NCBI GenBank assembly: GCA_963784695.1 | Contig: CAWARZ010000006.1 | Span: forward strand, 545,282 to 609,281 | DNA: 64,000 bases | Reading direction: 5' to 3' | Source of the DNA: an uncultured Chloroflexia bacterium | Lineage (GTDB): Bacteria; Chloroflexota; Chloroflexia; QHBQ01; JAICKM01 | Shown here: piece by piece, positions 39,212 through 49,700 of the stretch | How the letters are laid out: every line of letters starts with the position of its first letter | Position numbering within the stretch: position 1 is the stretch's first letter | The notes under the pieces: model-generated | The model's input: only the letters and a program-made list of their open reading frames with translations | What the model was told of the DNA's origin: nothing | Database searches by the model: none | Position numbers and translations under genes: made by a program

Positions 39212-40369
39212 CTACCAGAGGCTCGCCTGCTGCGGAGGACGGCGGCCGTCAAGCAGGATGTAGGGGGCCGCCTGCTCGGGCGCGCGGATGCCCAGGCCGC
39301 GCAGCTGCGCCAGATCGGTCAGCCGTCGCGAGCGCCGTCCGCGCAGGATCGCCTCGGCCCCGCGCGGGCCGATGCCCGGCAGGCGCAGCAGGGCGGGCCG
39401 CCCAGCCGTCTGCACGTCGACGGGCCGTTCGCGCAGGTGCTGCTCGGCCCAGGCGCGCTTCGGGTCGATCCCGGCGGGCAGATTGCCGTCGGCGGCGAAG
39501 GCCAGATCGGCCACCGGCCAGGCGTAGTCGCGCAGCAGGAAGGCGGCCTGGTAGAGACGGTGTTCGCGCGTACCGTCGACCGGCGGGTGGTCCTCGAAGG
39601 GGGTCTGCACGATCGGGTGGAAGGCGGAGTAATACGTGCGGGTGAGGCCGAGGCGCCGATACAGGTCGGCGCTCAGCGTCAGGAGCTCACGGTCGGTGTC
39701 GCCGACGGCGCCGACGACGAACTGCGTCACCGCGCCCGCCAGGCGCTCCTCGGGGTGCGCGCGGCGGATGCGCGCCGCCCACTCCAGCATCTGCAACAGC
39801 TCGCGGCCCCAGTCCTTCTTCGGGGCCAACGCGGTTAGCCGCTCCTGGGTCGGCGCCTCCAGGTTCACCGAGACGCGGCTGGCGAGCTGCATCGCCCGGT
39901 GCAGTTGGTCGTACTCGATGCCGGGCATGATCTTGAGGTGCAGGTAGCCCTGGTAGCCGGTGCCGCGGATGATCTCGGCCGTGTCGAGCAGGCGATCCTG
40001 GGTGGCCGTGCTGCCGCGCAGGATGCCGGATGAGAGGAAGATCCCGTCGACCTGCCCAGCTTCCCGGATGCTGGTGAAGCCGCGCGCCATCTCGTCCGGC
40101 GTGAAGTTGACGCGGGGCGTGCGGGTGCGCCCGGCGCGGAACGGGCAGTAGTAGCAGTTGCGCTCACAGGCCGTGGTCAGCATCGCCTTCAGGATCGGCT
40201 TGCGCCCGGTCGGCGTGGCCACCGAGGTGATGCAGTCGGCGAGGCCGCGCGCCGGGCCGCGGCGGGCGTGCGCCTCCTGCGCGGGCTGGTCGCCCGCCGG
40301 CTCGAAGGCGGTGACATCGCCCAACTCGGCCAGCCGGGTCACGGGGTCGGCAACGGAGCGGATCTGCAT
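39212..40369 (-). CDS. Radical SAM protein with C-terminal helix-hairpin-helix (putative DNA repair/modification radical SAM family)
   Basis: LTTACERNCYYCPF, GIFLSSG, YLHLKIMPG, SVNLEAPT, REHRLYQAAFLLRDY, LRLPGIGPRGA. Confidence 0.88.
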   Translation of the reverse strand: MQIRSVADPVTRLAELGDVTAFEPAGDQPAQEAHARRGPARGLADCITSVATPTGRKPILKAMLTTACERNCYYCPFRAGRTRTPRVNFTPDEMARGFTSIREAGQVDGIFLSSGILRGSTATQDRLLDTAEIIRGTGYQGYLHLKIMPGIEYDQLHRAMQLASRVSVNLEAPTQERLTALAPKKDWGRELLQMLEWAARIRRAHPEERLAGAVTQFVVGAVGDTDRELLTLSADLYRRLGLTRTYYSAFHPIVQTPFEDHPPVDGTREHRLYQAAFLLRDYAWPVADLAFAADGNLPAGIDPKRAWAEQHLRERPVDVQTAGRPALLRLPGIGPRGAEAILRGRRSRRLTDLAQLRGLGIRAPEQAAPYILLDGRRPPQQASLW

Positions 40370-40375
40370 AGCCCC

Positions 40376-40404
40376 ATTATATGGAACATCTGTTCGATCG
40401 TCAA
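40376..40404 (-). promoter_or_regulatory. Leaderless promoter of the radical SAM gene with a perfect LexA box
   Basis: TTGACG (40399-40404), 17 bp, TATAAT (40376-40381). GAACATCTGTTC at 40384-40395 sits in the spacer, and the ATG at 40369 lies at the expected transcription start. Confidence 0.8.
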
Positions 40405-40441
40405 TACTCCGACGGACGGGTTTCGTGCTATAATGGCCGCC

Positions 40442-41533
40442 GTGAGCCTGCTCTATCGCCCCCTCAAGCCGCTGCTCTTCCGCCTCGACGCCGAGCGCGC
40501 CCATGGCCTGGTGACCTCCGGGCTCGGTGGTGCGGTGCGGCTGCCAGGCCTGCCCCGGCTGCTGCGGGCGCTCTACCAGGTTGAGCATCCCGCGCTGCGC
40601 GTGGATGTCGGGGGGCTGGCCTTCGCGAACCCGACCGGACTCGCCGCCGGCTTCGACAAGCACGCCACGCTCATCGCGCCGCTCGCCCTGCTCGGCTTCG
40701 GCCACGTCGAGGTCGGCACGGTCACGCCGCGCGCGCAGCCCGGCAACCCGCGGCCGCGCCTCTTCCGCCTGCCCGACGACGGCGCGCTGATCAACCGCAT
40801 GGGCTTCAACAGCCCCGGCATGGCCGCCGCCGCGCGGCACCTGGCCGCCCGCCCGGCCGGAGTGGTCGTCGGCGTCAACCTGGGCAAGAACCGCACGACG
40901 CCGCTCGACCGCGCCGCCGACGACTACGCGGCCGCCTTCGCCGCGCTGGCGCCCCTGGCCGATTACGTGGCCGTCAACATCTCGTCCCCCAACACGCCCG
41001 GCCTGCGCCGCCTGCACGAGCGCCACGCACTGGCCGCGTTGCTGGCCCGGCTGACGGCGGCCAACGCCGCGCTGCCGGCACCGCGGCCGATCTGGCTGAA
41101 GGTCTCGCCGGACGAGAGCGCTGCCGAGCTCGACGCGGTGATCGACGTGGCGCTGGCGGCCGGGATCGCGGGGTTCATCGCCGGGAATACGACGCTGGCG
41201 CGCGAAGGCCTCTGCAGCCCGCGCCGCGTCGAGGCCGGCGGCCTGAGCGGCCGGCCGCTGCAACCCCGGGCCCGCGCGGTCATCGCGCGGATCTATCGCG
41301 CGACCGACGGCCGCGTGCCGATCATCGGGGTGGGCGGCATCGCCACGGCCTGCGACGCCTACCGGGCTATCCGGGCGGGGGCAAGCCTGGTCCAGCTGTA
41401 CACAGGCTTGATCTACGAGGGGCCCGGCGTGGCCGCCGCGATCAGCCGCGGCCTGATCCGCCTGCTGCACCGCGACGGCTTCCGCCGGGTGCGCGAGGCG
41501 GTCGGCGCGGACGCCCGGCTGGCGGCGGATTAG
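40442..41533 (+). CDS. pyrD: Quinone-dependent dihydroorotate dehydrogenase
   Basis: LFRLDAERAH, GLAAGFDK, EVGTVTPRAQPGNPRPRLFRL, INRMGFNS, NISSPNTPGLR, GGLSGRPL, QLYTGLIYEGP. GTG start 7 nt after TGCTATAAT. Confidence 0.95.
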   Translation: MSLLYRPLKPLLFRLDAERAHGLVTSGLGGAVRLPGLPRLLRALYQVEHPALRVDVGGLAFANPTGLAAGFDKHATLIAPLALLGFGHVEVGTVTPRAQPGNPRPRLFRLPDDGALINRMGFNSPGMAAAARHLAARPAGVVVGVNLGKNRTTPLDRAADDYAAAFAALAPLADYVAVNISSPNTPGLRRLHERHALAALLARLTAANAALPAPRPIWLKVSPDESAAELDAVIDVALAAGIAGFIAGNTTLAREGLCSPRRVEAGGLSGRPLQPRARAVIARIYRATDGRVPIIGVGGIATACDAYRAIRAGASLVQLYTGLIYEGPGVAAAISRGLIRLLHRDGFRRVREAVGADARLAAD

Positions 41534-42822
41534 CGCCCGAGCGGGCCGGGGAGGCGCCGGGCGCGGTCGCGCAGGGCGGGCGCCAGCGCGTTGCTGAGCG
41601 CCACACCCGCGGCGAGGGCGCCCCCCAGGAACGAGGCGTGGACGAGCACCAATAGCCCGGCGATGCTCTGGTTCTGGGCCAGGTCGAGCATGCCGTTGTA
41701 GATGGTCACGCCGGGCAGCAGGGGCAGGATGCCCGGCAGCACGTAGAGCGTGACCGGGGCGCGCTGGCGGCGGGCCAGGCTCCAGCTCAGGGCGCCGACC
41801 GCGAACGCGGCCAGGAAGGTGCCCGCGAGCGGCGAGATCCCGATCTGGCCGGCGAGCAGGTAGGTCAGCCAGCCGAGCGCGCCCGCCAGGCCGCCGGTCA
41901 GCACGGCGAAGCGCGGCACATGGTACCAGACGGCGTAGCAGGCCGAGGCGACGAAGGCGGCGGCCACCTGGATGGGCATCTGCCAGGTCGCCGCGGCCAG
42001 GTTCTCGACCGAGACGTGCATGCCCACGGCGACCGCGCCGCTCAGGCCCAAGCCCACGCCGGTCGCCAGCGCGGCGCCCTTGAGCAGCGTCTCGAGTGCC
42101 CGGGCGGCGCTGCTGAGCAGGTTGCCCGAGATGCCGTCTTGCACGGCGGTCAGCAGGGCGGCGCCGGGCACCAGCTGCATGATGCCGCCCGCGATGACCA
42201 GCCCGGCGTGGATCGGCAGGCCGAGCCAGACGAGGCCGAGGCCCACGGCCGCCGCCGTCGCCGCGCCCGCGAAGTCGCCGAAGAAGGCCGGGATGCGGCT
42301 CTGCTGCAAGCGCGTGACCAGGAGCAGTACGACGATGGTGCTGGCGAAGGCGGGGGCGACGTCGACGATGGCGCCGCCGAGGAGCAGGGCGACGCCCGCG
42401 GCCGAGGCCGCCCCGGCGCCGACCCAAACGGCGAAGGGGTAGGGGTCGGGCGCGGCGGCAACGGCGTCGAGGGCGGCGCGTGCCTCGGCCAGGCCCATCC
42501 GCCCGGCGGCGACGCGGCGCGAGAGATCGTTGATGGCCCAGATGCGCTGGTAGTTGACCGCGCGCCCGTGGACGCGATGCACGAGGGTCACGGGCTGGGG
42601 CAGGCGGGGGTCCTCGACGGAGAGGTAGATGCCGGTCGGGGTGACCAGGCAGCTGCTGGCGGCCAGGCCGAGGGCGCGGACGAGGATGTCGACCGTCTCC
42701 TCGACGCGCGAGGTCTCGGCGCCGCTGCGCAGCATGATCTCGCCGGCCTCGACGGCGAGGCCGAGCACGGCGTTCGTGTCGGGCAGCGCGGCGGCGGCCG
42801 GGGTCTCGCCGATCCGGATCAC
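41530..42822 (-). CDS. Threonine/serine exporter family (ThrE, fused two-domain type)
   Basis: GEIMLRSGAETSRVEETV, IMQLVPGAALLTAVQD, PGILPLLPGVTIY; RBS AAGGAGG. Confidence 0.88.
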   Translation of the reverse strand: MIRIGETPAAAALPDTNAVLGLAVEAGEIMLRSGAETSRVEETVDILVRALGLAASSCLVTPTGIYLSVEDPRLPQPVTLVHRVHGRAVNYQRIWAINDLSRRVAAGRMGLAEARAALDAVAAAPDPYPFAVWVGAGAASAAGVALLLGGAIVDVAPAFASTIVVLLLVTRLQQSRIPAFFGDFAGAATAAAVGLGLVWLGLPIHAGLVIAGGIMQLVPGAALLTAVQDGISGNLLSSAARALETLLKGAALATGVGLGLSGAVAVGMHVSVENLAAATWQMPIQVAAAFVASACYAVWYHVPRFAVLTGGLAGALGWLTYLLAGQIGISPLAGTFLAAFAVGALSWSLARRQRAPVTLYVLPGILPLLPGVTIYNGMLDLAQNQSIAGLLVLVHASFLGGALAAGVALSNALAPALRDRARRLPGPLGR

Positions 42823-43219
42823 GGGGGTCCTCCTTCGCGCAGAGTCGCGGGTAGTATAGCATACGGCGGCGCATGGTCCGGGGTCCCGGGCGGGCAGGGA
42901 TGCCCCAGTTTGTCCCAGAGTTCCCCATTCTTGGCGGTTTGCCGTCCGGCGCACGCGGGGCAGCTCCGGAGGTTCACCCCTCCAGCGGGTGTTGCGTATC
43001 TCGGCTGAGTTGAGGCCTAATCGCTGGTTGGGCCGTCTAGTTGTGCGCAGCGCGGGCAATTGCGTGGGGCCGCAGGCGGATGGGCTCGCCCGCCCGGGCT
43101 GGGACGTGCAGGAGAGGGGGGGATCTGGTATAATTTTGGGTGCGGCTGCGGCTCCGCGCAGAGCCAGGATTGGTTGTGCGCGCGGTCTGCGGCGGTCCAG
43201 AAAGCGAGGGATCTTATTC

Positions 43220-44053
43220 ATGGCGGCTTCGCCCCCCGCAGGCTCCGATTCAATATCTGCGTCTGTAACGGCGTCCGGGTCCGAGAGCGTATCCGCCGGT
43301 CCGGCGCAGCGTCCCGCAGGCTACGGCAAGGCTGACCTGCACATTCATTCCACCTACAGCGACGGCCTCGACTCGATCCCCAAGATCCTGGAATACATCG
43401 AGCATGAGACGGATCTGGACCTCATCGCCATTGCCGACCATGACGACGTGCGCGGGGCGCACGAGGCGCGCGAGCTCGTCGCGCGGCGCGGCTACCGGGT
43501 GCAGGTCATCGCCGGCACCGAGATCACCACGCGGCAGGGCCACCTGCTCGCGCTGTTCGTCGAGCGCGATTTCCCCATGCTGCGGTCGCTGCGCGCCTCG
43601 GTCGAGGCGGTGTACGCGGCCGGGGGGCTGGTCGTGGCGCCGCACCCACTCAGCAAGCTGACGGCGAGCATCCAGGAGAAGACGTTCCGCGAGGTGCACG
43701 GCAGCGATACGCCGTTCCACGCGATCGAGACGTTCAATCCGAGCGTGGCCGGGCGCGTGTCGCATATCGCCGTCGCGCGGCTGAACGCCGAGATCGGCCT
43801 GCCCGAGCTCGGCGGCAGCGACGCGCACGCGCTGTCGATGATTGGCCTCGGCTACACCTACTTTCCCGGGCGCAGCATCGCCGACTTCCGCGCCGCGCTG
43901 GACGCGGGCACGCTGGTGGCGGGCGGACGCTTCATGACCTTCCGCGACCACGCCGTGATTGCCGCGCCCAACCTGTGGCGCAGCATGATCGTCTCGCCCG
44001 CCTACAAGGTGCAGCGGGCGGTGCGCCGGAGCATGGGAAGGCAGCCGACGTGA
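43220..44053 (+). CDS. PHP-domain phosphoesterase
   Basis: KADLHIHSTYSDG, AIADHD, GTEITTRQGH, VAPHP, GGSDAH. Confidence 0.88.
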   Translation: MAASPPAGSDSISASVTASGSESVSAGPAQRPAGYGKADLHIHSTYSDGLDSIPKILEYIEHETDLDLIAIADHDDVRGAHEARELVARRGYRVQVIAGTEITTRQGHLLALFVERDFPMLRSLRASVEAVYAAGGLVVAPHPLSKLTASIQEKTFREVHGSDTPFHAIETFNPSVAGRVSHIAVARLNAEIGLPELGGSDAHALSMIGLGYTYFPGRSIADFRAALDAGTLVAGGRFMTFRDHAVIAAPNLWRSMIVSPAYKVQRAVRRSMGRQPT

Positions 44054-45423
44054 AGATCTGCCTGGTCTCGCCCTACGATTACCCCTATCCGGGGGGCGTC
44101 ACGGAGGTCGTCAAGGGCCTGGAGAAGGCTCTGGCCGGGCGCGGCCACGCGGTGACGATCCTCGCGCCGTCGTCGATCGTGGACGAGAGCCAGGTGCCCG
44201 CCAACGTGCGCCGGGTGGGCAACGTGGTCGAGATCCCGGCGAACGGCTCGCGGGCGCGCATCTCACTGTCGCTGGGCACGAGCCACATCGTGCGCGACGT
44301 GCTCGCCGCCGAGGCGTTCGACGTCATCCACCTGCACGAGCCGCTGATGCCGATGCTGCCGCTCATCGTGCTGCGGCAGTCGCAGACGTGCAACATCGGC
44401 ACGTTTCACGCCTTCGGCGACGAGAGCGTGGCCTACGCGGCGGCGCGCCCGCTGCTGCACGGCTACTTCCAGCGGCTGCACGGGCGCATCGCCGTCTCGG
44501 AGGCGGCACGCGTCTACGTCAGCCAGTACTTCCCGGCGGACTACACGATCATCCCGAACGGGGTGGACGTGGCGCGCTTCGCGGCGCCGCGCCCACCGAT
44601 CGCCCGCTACCGCGACGGGCGCCCGACCATCCTCTTCGTGGGGCGCTTCGAGGAGCATCGCAAGGGATTCCGGACGCTGCTGCAGGCGCTGCCGCTGATC
44701 CGCAGTGTGATCCCCAACGTGCGCCTCGTGGTCGTCGGCAAGGGCGACCCGGACCTGTTCAACGATCTGTTGCCGGCTGATCCGGGGGTGGTGGAGTTCG
44801 CGGGCTACGTGGCGGCCGAGGAGCTACCGCGCTTCTACCAGAGCTGTGACGTCTACTGCGCGCCGTCGACCGGGCAGGAGAGCTTCGGCATCGTGCTGCT
44901 GGAGGCGATGGCGGCGGGCGCGCCGGTCGTGGCGAGCCGGTGCACCGGCTACGCCGCCGTGCTGACTCACGGCCGGGAGGGCTTCCTGGTCGATCCGCGC
45001 ACGCCGGAGCTCCTGGCGGTGGCGCTGGTGCGGGTGCTGAGCGACGCGCCGCTGCGCGCGGCCATGCGGGCGGCGGGCGCGGCCACCGCGGCGCGCTACG
45101 ACTGGCCGGTCATCGCGGAGCGGCTGGAGGCGTTCTACATCCGCACGCGCACGCAGTTCCTGGCTACGGGCGGCACGGGCGGCCGCTTCTCGCTGCGGCG
45201 CCTGCGCACGCTCGCGCCGATCAGCGTGCCGCGCATCCGTCCGCTGGCCGAGGAGCTGGAGCAGAGCCTCGACTGGGCCACCGCGCGGCTGGGCGACCTG
45301 CTGGGCGGCGATTCCGACGATGCCCTGCGCACCTGGCGCCGCCCCGTCGGCCTCCGCCGGCCCGAGTCGTCCGCGGGGCCCGGCGGGGATGACGCGGGCC
45401 CGCCCGAGGCCGGCACGCCCTGA
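44050..45423 (+). CDS. GT4 glycosyltransferase, PimA-like phosphatidylinositol mannosyltransferase
   Basis: MKICLVSPYDYPYPGGV, IPANGS, HLHEP, GTFH, RIAVS, PSTGQESFGIVLLEAMAAG. Confidence 0.8.
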   Translation: MKICLVSPYDYPYPGGVTEVVKGLEKALAGRGHAVTILAPSSIVDESQVPANVRRVGNVVEIPANGSRARISLSLGTSHIVRDVLAAEAFDVIHLHEPLMPMLPLIVLRQSQTCNIGTFHAFGDESVAYAAARPLLHGYFQRLHGRIAVSEAARVYVSQYFPADYTIIPNGVDVARFAAPRPPIARYRDGRPTILFVGRFEEHRKGFRTLLQALPLIRSVIPNVRLVVVGKGDPDLFNDLLPADPGVVEFAGYVAAEELPRFYQSCDVYCAPSTGQESFGIVLLEAMAAGAPVVASRCTGYAAVLTHGREGFLVDPRTPELLAVALVRVLSDAPLRAAMRAAGAATAARYDWPVIAERLEAFYIRTRTQFLATGGTGGRFSLRRLRTLAPISVPRIRPLAEELEQSLDWATARLGDLLGGDSDDALRTWRRPVGLRRPESSAGPGGDDAGPPEAGTP

Positions 45424-45472
45424 CGCGGCCCCGGGTGCGCGCCGCGTGCCCGGCTGCCCGAGGAGAACCGCT

Positions 45473-46093
45473 TTGCTGAGCAACGTTTTGCAGGGATGGA
45501 CCCGCGCGCAGATGCGGCGGATCGCCACCATCTTTGTGAACACCCCGATCACCCCGAACATGCTCACCATGGTCGGGCTCCTCATCAACCTCGGGGTCGC
45601 CTTCGTCATCGCGACGGGCAATTTCCTGGCGGCGGGGCTGCTGATCCTCTTCGCGGCGCTGTTCGACCTGCTGGACGGGGCGCTGGCGCGCATCACGGAC
45701 CGCATGACGCCGTTCGGCGGCTTCCTCGACTCGACGCTCGACCGCTACTCGGAGGGCGCGTTCTACTTCGGTCTGCTCTGGTACTTCCTGCAGCGCGGCG
45801 GCACGACGCAGGCGCTGCTGATCTTCGCGGTGATCGTGGGCTCGCTGATGGTGAGCTACACGCGCGCGCGGGCCACGCCGCTGAACGTGAACGCGGAGGT
45901 GGGGTTGCTGGCGCGCTCGGAGCGCATCGGCATCCTGGCCGTATCGCTGATCCTGGCGCCGTGGATCCCCGACGTCATCACGTGGGGGCTCTGGGTGCTG
46001 GCGATCGGCTCGCAAATCACGGCGATTCAGCGGATCGTCTACGTCTATCAGCAGACGGAAGGGGGGCTGGCCGGGCGGGCCGCCAAGCGGTAA
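45473..46093 (+). CDS. CDP-alcohol phosphatidyltransferase, phosphatidylinositol-phosphate synthase-like
   Basis: ITPNMLT, DLLDGALAR...TPFGGFLDSTLDR, VSYTRARA, RSERI; TTG start after GAGGAG. Confidence 0.85.
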   Translation: MLSNVLQGWTRAQMRRIATIFVNTPITPNMLTMVGLLINLGVAFVIATGNFLAAGLLILFAALFDLLDGALARITDRMTPFGGFLDSTLDRYSEGAFYFGLLWYFLQRGGTTQALLIFAVIVGSLMVSYTRARATPLNVNAEVGLLARSERIGILAVSLILAPWIPDVITWGLWVLAIGSQITAIQRIVYVYQQTEGGLAGRAAKR

Positions 46094-46161
46094 TGCGGCC
46101 CGCCGCGGCGGGCGCGCGGCGGTTGCAAAGCCCGGCGGGATTTGGTATAATACGCGTGCCC

Positions 46162-46237
46162 GGGTCTGTAGCTCAGCTGGGAGAGCGCTACATTCGCATT
46201 GTAGAGGTCAGCGGTTCGAGCCCGCTCAGATCCACCA
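46162..46237 (+). tRNA. tRNA-Ala(CGC)
   Basis: 76-nt cloverleaf, acceptor GGGTCTG/CAGATCC with G3-U70, anticodon loop TTCGCAT, GGTTCGAG T-loop, CCA end. Promoter TTGCAA-17-TATAAT at 46123-46151. Confidence 0.97.
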
Positions 46238-46265
46238 CAAACTGGGCCGACGTTAGGCGCACAGG

Positions 46266-46295
46266 GGCCCCGATCTCGCAGATCGGGGCCTTTTT
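46266..46295 (+). terminator. Intrinsic terminator after tRNA-Ala
   Basis: GGCCCCGATCT-CGC-AGATCGGGGCC-TTTTT. Confidence 0.85.
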
Positions 46296-46413
46296 GCGGT
46301 TACTTGCTCCTGCCATGTAGCCAGACACTTTGCGGTTTGGCAAGGGTCTCATAAATCCTGGTCCTGTTTAGCCGTCGCATGACACCCGGAGTAAGGCAAC
46401 ACATCAAGGAGCC

Positions 46414-46725
46414 TCATGAATGCTGGTCGAAGTGTCGCAGCAGAAACCGACCACAGGCCAGATCGCCCCACTCGACCAAGTTCGCGGTCTGCTATTCATC
46501 GCGGATTACCAAGCGCCGGTAGTTCTATAGCCAGGCAAGCAGCCGTTCCACGCGCCCGCCCCGCTGAGTCCTCCGCAAGGCCCGGCCAGTTGCGTCTGGT
46601 GCCGATGGTTGCGCCGCTGCGCGGCCGGCATCTCCACTCCGCGGATAGCCGTCGCGCAGCGAATCCATCACCGTCGTAGACTTTGTCGCGCGCAATTGCC
46701 GCGGCTTAGCGTCGACCAGGTTCAC
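46414..46725 (-). pseudogene. IS5-family transposase C-terminal remnant
   Basis: Manual translation gives DKVYDGD...GRALRR...VERLLAWL*NYRRLVIRDE*QTANL...LAC..FLLRHF, matching the IS5 DDE C-terminal pattern with two in-frame stops and frameshifts. Confidence 0.7.
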
Positions 46726-46751
46726 GTCCAGCGGCCCCGGTCACAGGCCGC

Positions 46752-49700
46752 TTACGGCTTGGCGCCGGCGTCGTTGGGTCCGGCGAATGCCTGGAAGATT
46801 ATCTTGCTAAGCTGCGCGCGAGTGGCCAGGGCCTCGGGGCGGAAGTAGCGCCCGGGGCACGGCTCGCCGGGCCCGCCACAGGCGTAGCCGCCGACGATGT
46901 TGTGCGCCGTGGCCGTCTCGATGTAGCTGTACGCCCAGTAACCGGGTGGCACGTCGCCATACGTCGGCGTCGGGGGCGTGCTCAGCGGCAGCCCACGGGC
47001 CAGCATGACCATCTTGGCGAGTTGCGCGCGCGTGACGTCGCTGTAAGGTTGAAACGTGCCGTCGGCGAAGCCGCTGATGACGTTGTGGGCATAGGCCACC
47101 TCGACGTAGATGTAGAAGGGACTGCCGGGTGGCACGTCGGAGAAGTGCGGGGCGCCGGGCGGCAGGACGAGTGGGAAGCCGGCGGCCAGCACGGCCATCT
47201 TGGCGATTTGCCCGCGGGTCGTGTTGTTCACCGGCCGGAACGTATCGTCGGCATAGCCGCTGACGATGCCGTGGCAATCGGCCCAGGCGATGTAGCCGTA
47301 GGCCCAGTAGTCCACCGGCACGTCGGTGAAGGTGATCACGCAGGCGGTAGCCGTCACACTCGGCGGCGCGGGCGTCGCGCTGGGGGCAGGCGCGGGCGTA
47401 TTCGTCGTCGGCGGGCTGGTCGCGGTGAGCGCCGGGGTGGTCGCCGGCGTATTGCTCGGCGGGATGACGGTACCGGTCGGCGTGTACGTCGGCGTACTGG
47501 TGGGCGTCGGAGTTGCCGTCGCCGTGTTGCCGGGTGTGGGCGTGGTGGGCGTGCCGGCCGGCGTGTTGGTCGCCGTCGCGGTACCCGTCACCGTGTTGCC
47601 GGGTGTGGGCGTGTGGGTGGGCGTGCCGGTCGGCGTGTTAGTCGGCGCCAGCGTCGCCGTCGCCGTGTTGCCGGGCGTGGGGGTGGTGGTGGGCGTGCCG
47701 GTCGGCGTCGGGGTACCCGTGGCCGTGTTGCTGGCCGTGGGCGTGCTGGTGGGCGTGTCTGTCGCCGTACTCGTCGGCGTCAGCGTTGCCGTCGCCGTGT
47801 CCGTGGCCGTTGCGGTGTTCGTCGGGGCCGGCGTGGGCGTGGTGTCCCCGCAGGTGCTTTGGGGCACGATAGACATCTCGACCGTGTTTGTGTTGTTGAG
47901 GTTGTTGTAGCCTCCCACCGCGATCAGCCGGGTGCCGACGGACGTGCCCGCGGTGTACAAACGGGCCACGTTCAAATTCGGGCCGCTCGCCCAGCTATCG
48001 CTGGCAATGTCGTAAATGTAGGTGCTGCTGTACGAAATGCCGGCTATGCCGCCGCCGTAGAGGTAATTCTTGCCGGACGTGTTGCCGCCAATGTTGGCCG
48101 CGCCCGCCCCGTAAATGGGCACCGGCACGGCGGCCAGCGCGGCCCACGTGTTGTTGACGATGTCGTAGCGCTCGTGGGCGGTGGAGCCGTCATAGTTGTT
48201 AAGCGAGCCCATCAGGTAGATGTACCGGCCGGCGATGACGGTGCCGCTGGCCGCCTGGGCCAGCGGCTCGTTGGCCCGTGCGGTGTTCCAGGTGTCGGCG
48301 ATCGGGTCGTACTCCCAGACCTGGCTGTGGTCGGTACTTCCGTCGTTGCCACCGATCACGTAGATCTTGCCGGTCGCGGCGTAGTAGGCCACATTGGGCC
48401 ACCTGCGCCCGGCGGGCATGGCGGCCGCGCTGGACCAGGCGTTCGTGCTCAAGTTGTAGCGCCAGACGGTGGTCACGACGCTGTTGTTGCCGAAGACGTA
48501 CACCGAGTTGGTGTTGGCGGCGTAGGCCGCGCCGGCGTAGGCAACCGCGGTGGGCAGGGGGGTCAGATAGGTCCAACTGTCCGCTAGCGGGTCGTAGCGC
48601 CCGAAGGTGCTCACGGCCGGGCCGTTGAGATTGCCGCCCGCCGTGTACAGGTAGGTGCCGTCCGAGGCGGCAGCAATGCCTTCGAGTGCCAGCTGATACG
48701 GAGCTGCCGTGGCCCAGGGCCCGGGCGTGCCGAGACCACCGGGAGGAGCGCTGTAATGCTCGGTGAGCGTCTGGCTGGCCCCGCCGTTGTCGTACTCGCC
48801 GGCCGCCCAAACATCACCGCTGCTGACCACCGCCACCCCGCTGAGGAAGTTGCTGCCCGTGCCGGGGTTGAGGCTGACGATCACCGACCAGGCGCTGCCG
48901 TCCCAATGTTCGGTCAGCGTCTGGTAGTTGCCGCCGTTCGCGTATCTGCCGACGGCCCAGACGTCCGTGCTGCTGACGGCGGTTACGCTGGAGAGGGCGT
49001 TGTTGCCCGTGCCCGGGTTGGGGCTGGCGACGATCGACCAAGCGCTGCCGTTCCAGCGTTCGGTCAGAGTTTGGATGTTGCCGCCGCTGGAATAGCTGCC
49101 GGCGGCCCAGACATCCGTGCTGTTGACAGCCGTTACGCTGAAGAGGACGTTGTTGCTCGTGCCGGGGCTAGGGCTGCTGACAATCGTCCAGGCGCTGCCG
49201 TTCCAGTGTTCGGCCAACGTCTGGAAGTTGCTGACGGTTTGGTAGCTGCCGACCGCCCAGACATCACCCGTGCCGGCGGCGGTGACGCTGTCAAGGTTGT
49301 TGTTGAACGTGCCCTGGTTGGGGCTGCTGACGATAGACCAGGCGCTGCCGTCCCAGTGTTCGGTCAACGTCTGCTGGGCGCCGCTGCCGCTGCTGTCGTA
49401 GCCCACCGCCCAGATATCCGTGCTGCTGACGGCGGTCACCGCGAGAAGTTGGTTGTTGCTCGTGCCGGGGCTAGGGCTCGCGACAATCGTCCAGGCGCTG
49501 CCGTCCCAGTGTTCGGTGAGCGTCTGGAGGGCGTTGCCGGCGTCGACATAGTAGCCCACCGCCCAGATATCCGTACTGCTGACGGTGGTTACGCCCAGGA
49601 GGACGTTGGTGCCGCTGCCCTGATTGGGGCTGGAGACGACCGACCAGGCGCTGCCGTTCCAATGCTCGGCCAGGGTCTGGTAGACGCCGCTGCCGTTGTC

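Noticed and set aside
39212-42928. 1238-aa ORF in the ORF track
   Set aside because: Only the last 385 aa (radical SAM) are real; the upstream part is antisense to pyrD and out of frame with the ThrE gene.
46162-46237. Intact integrative element at tRNA-Ala
   Set aside because: No integrase and no second att copy were found within the window.
47350-47860. Short tandem repeats that could be mistaken for a CRISPR array (also 37735-37830 and 48750-49800)
   Set aside because: They are in-frame coding repeats (Thr/Pro linker, GGYTPPP, propeller blades) with no constant repeat/unique spacer pattern, and there are no cas genes.
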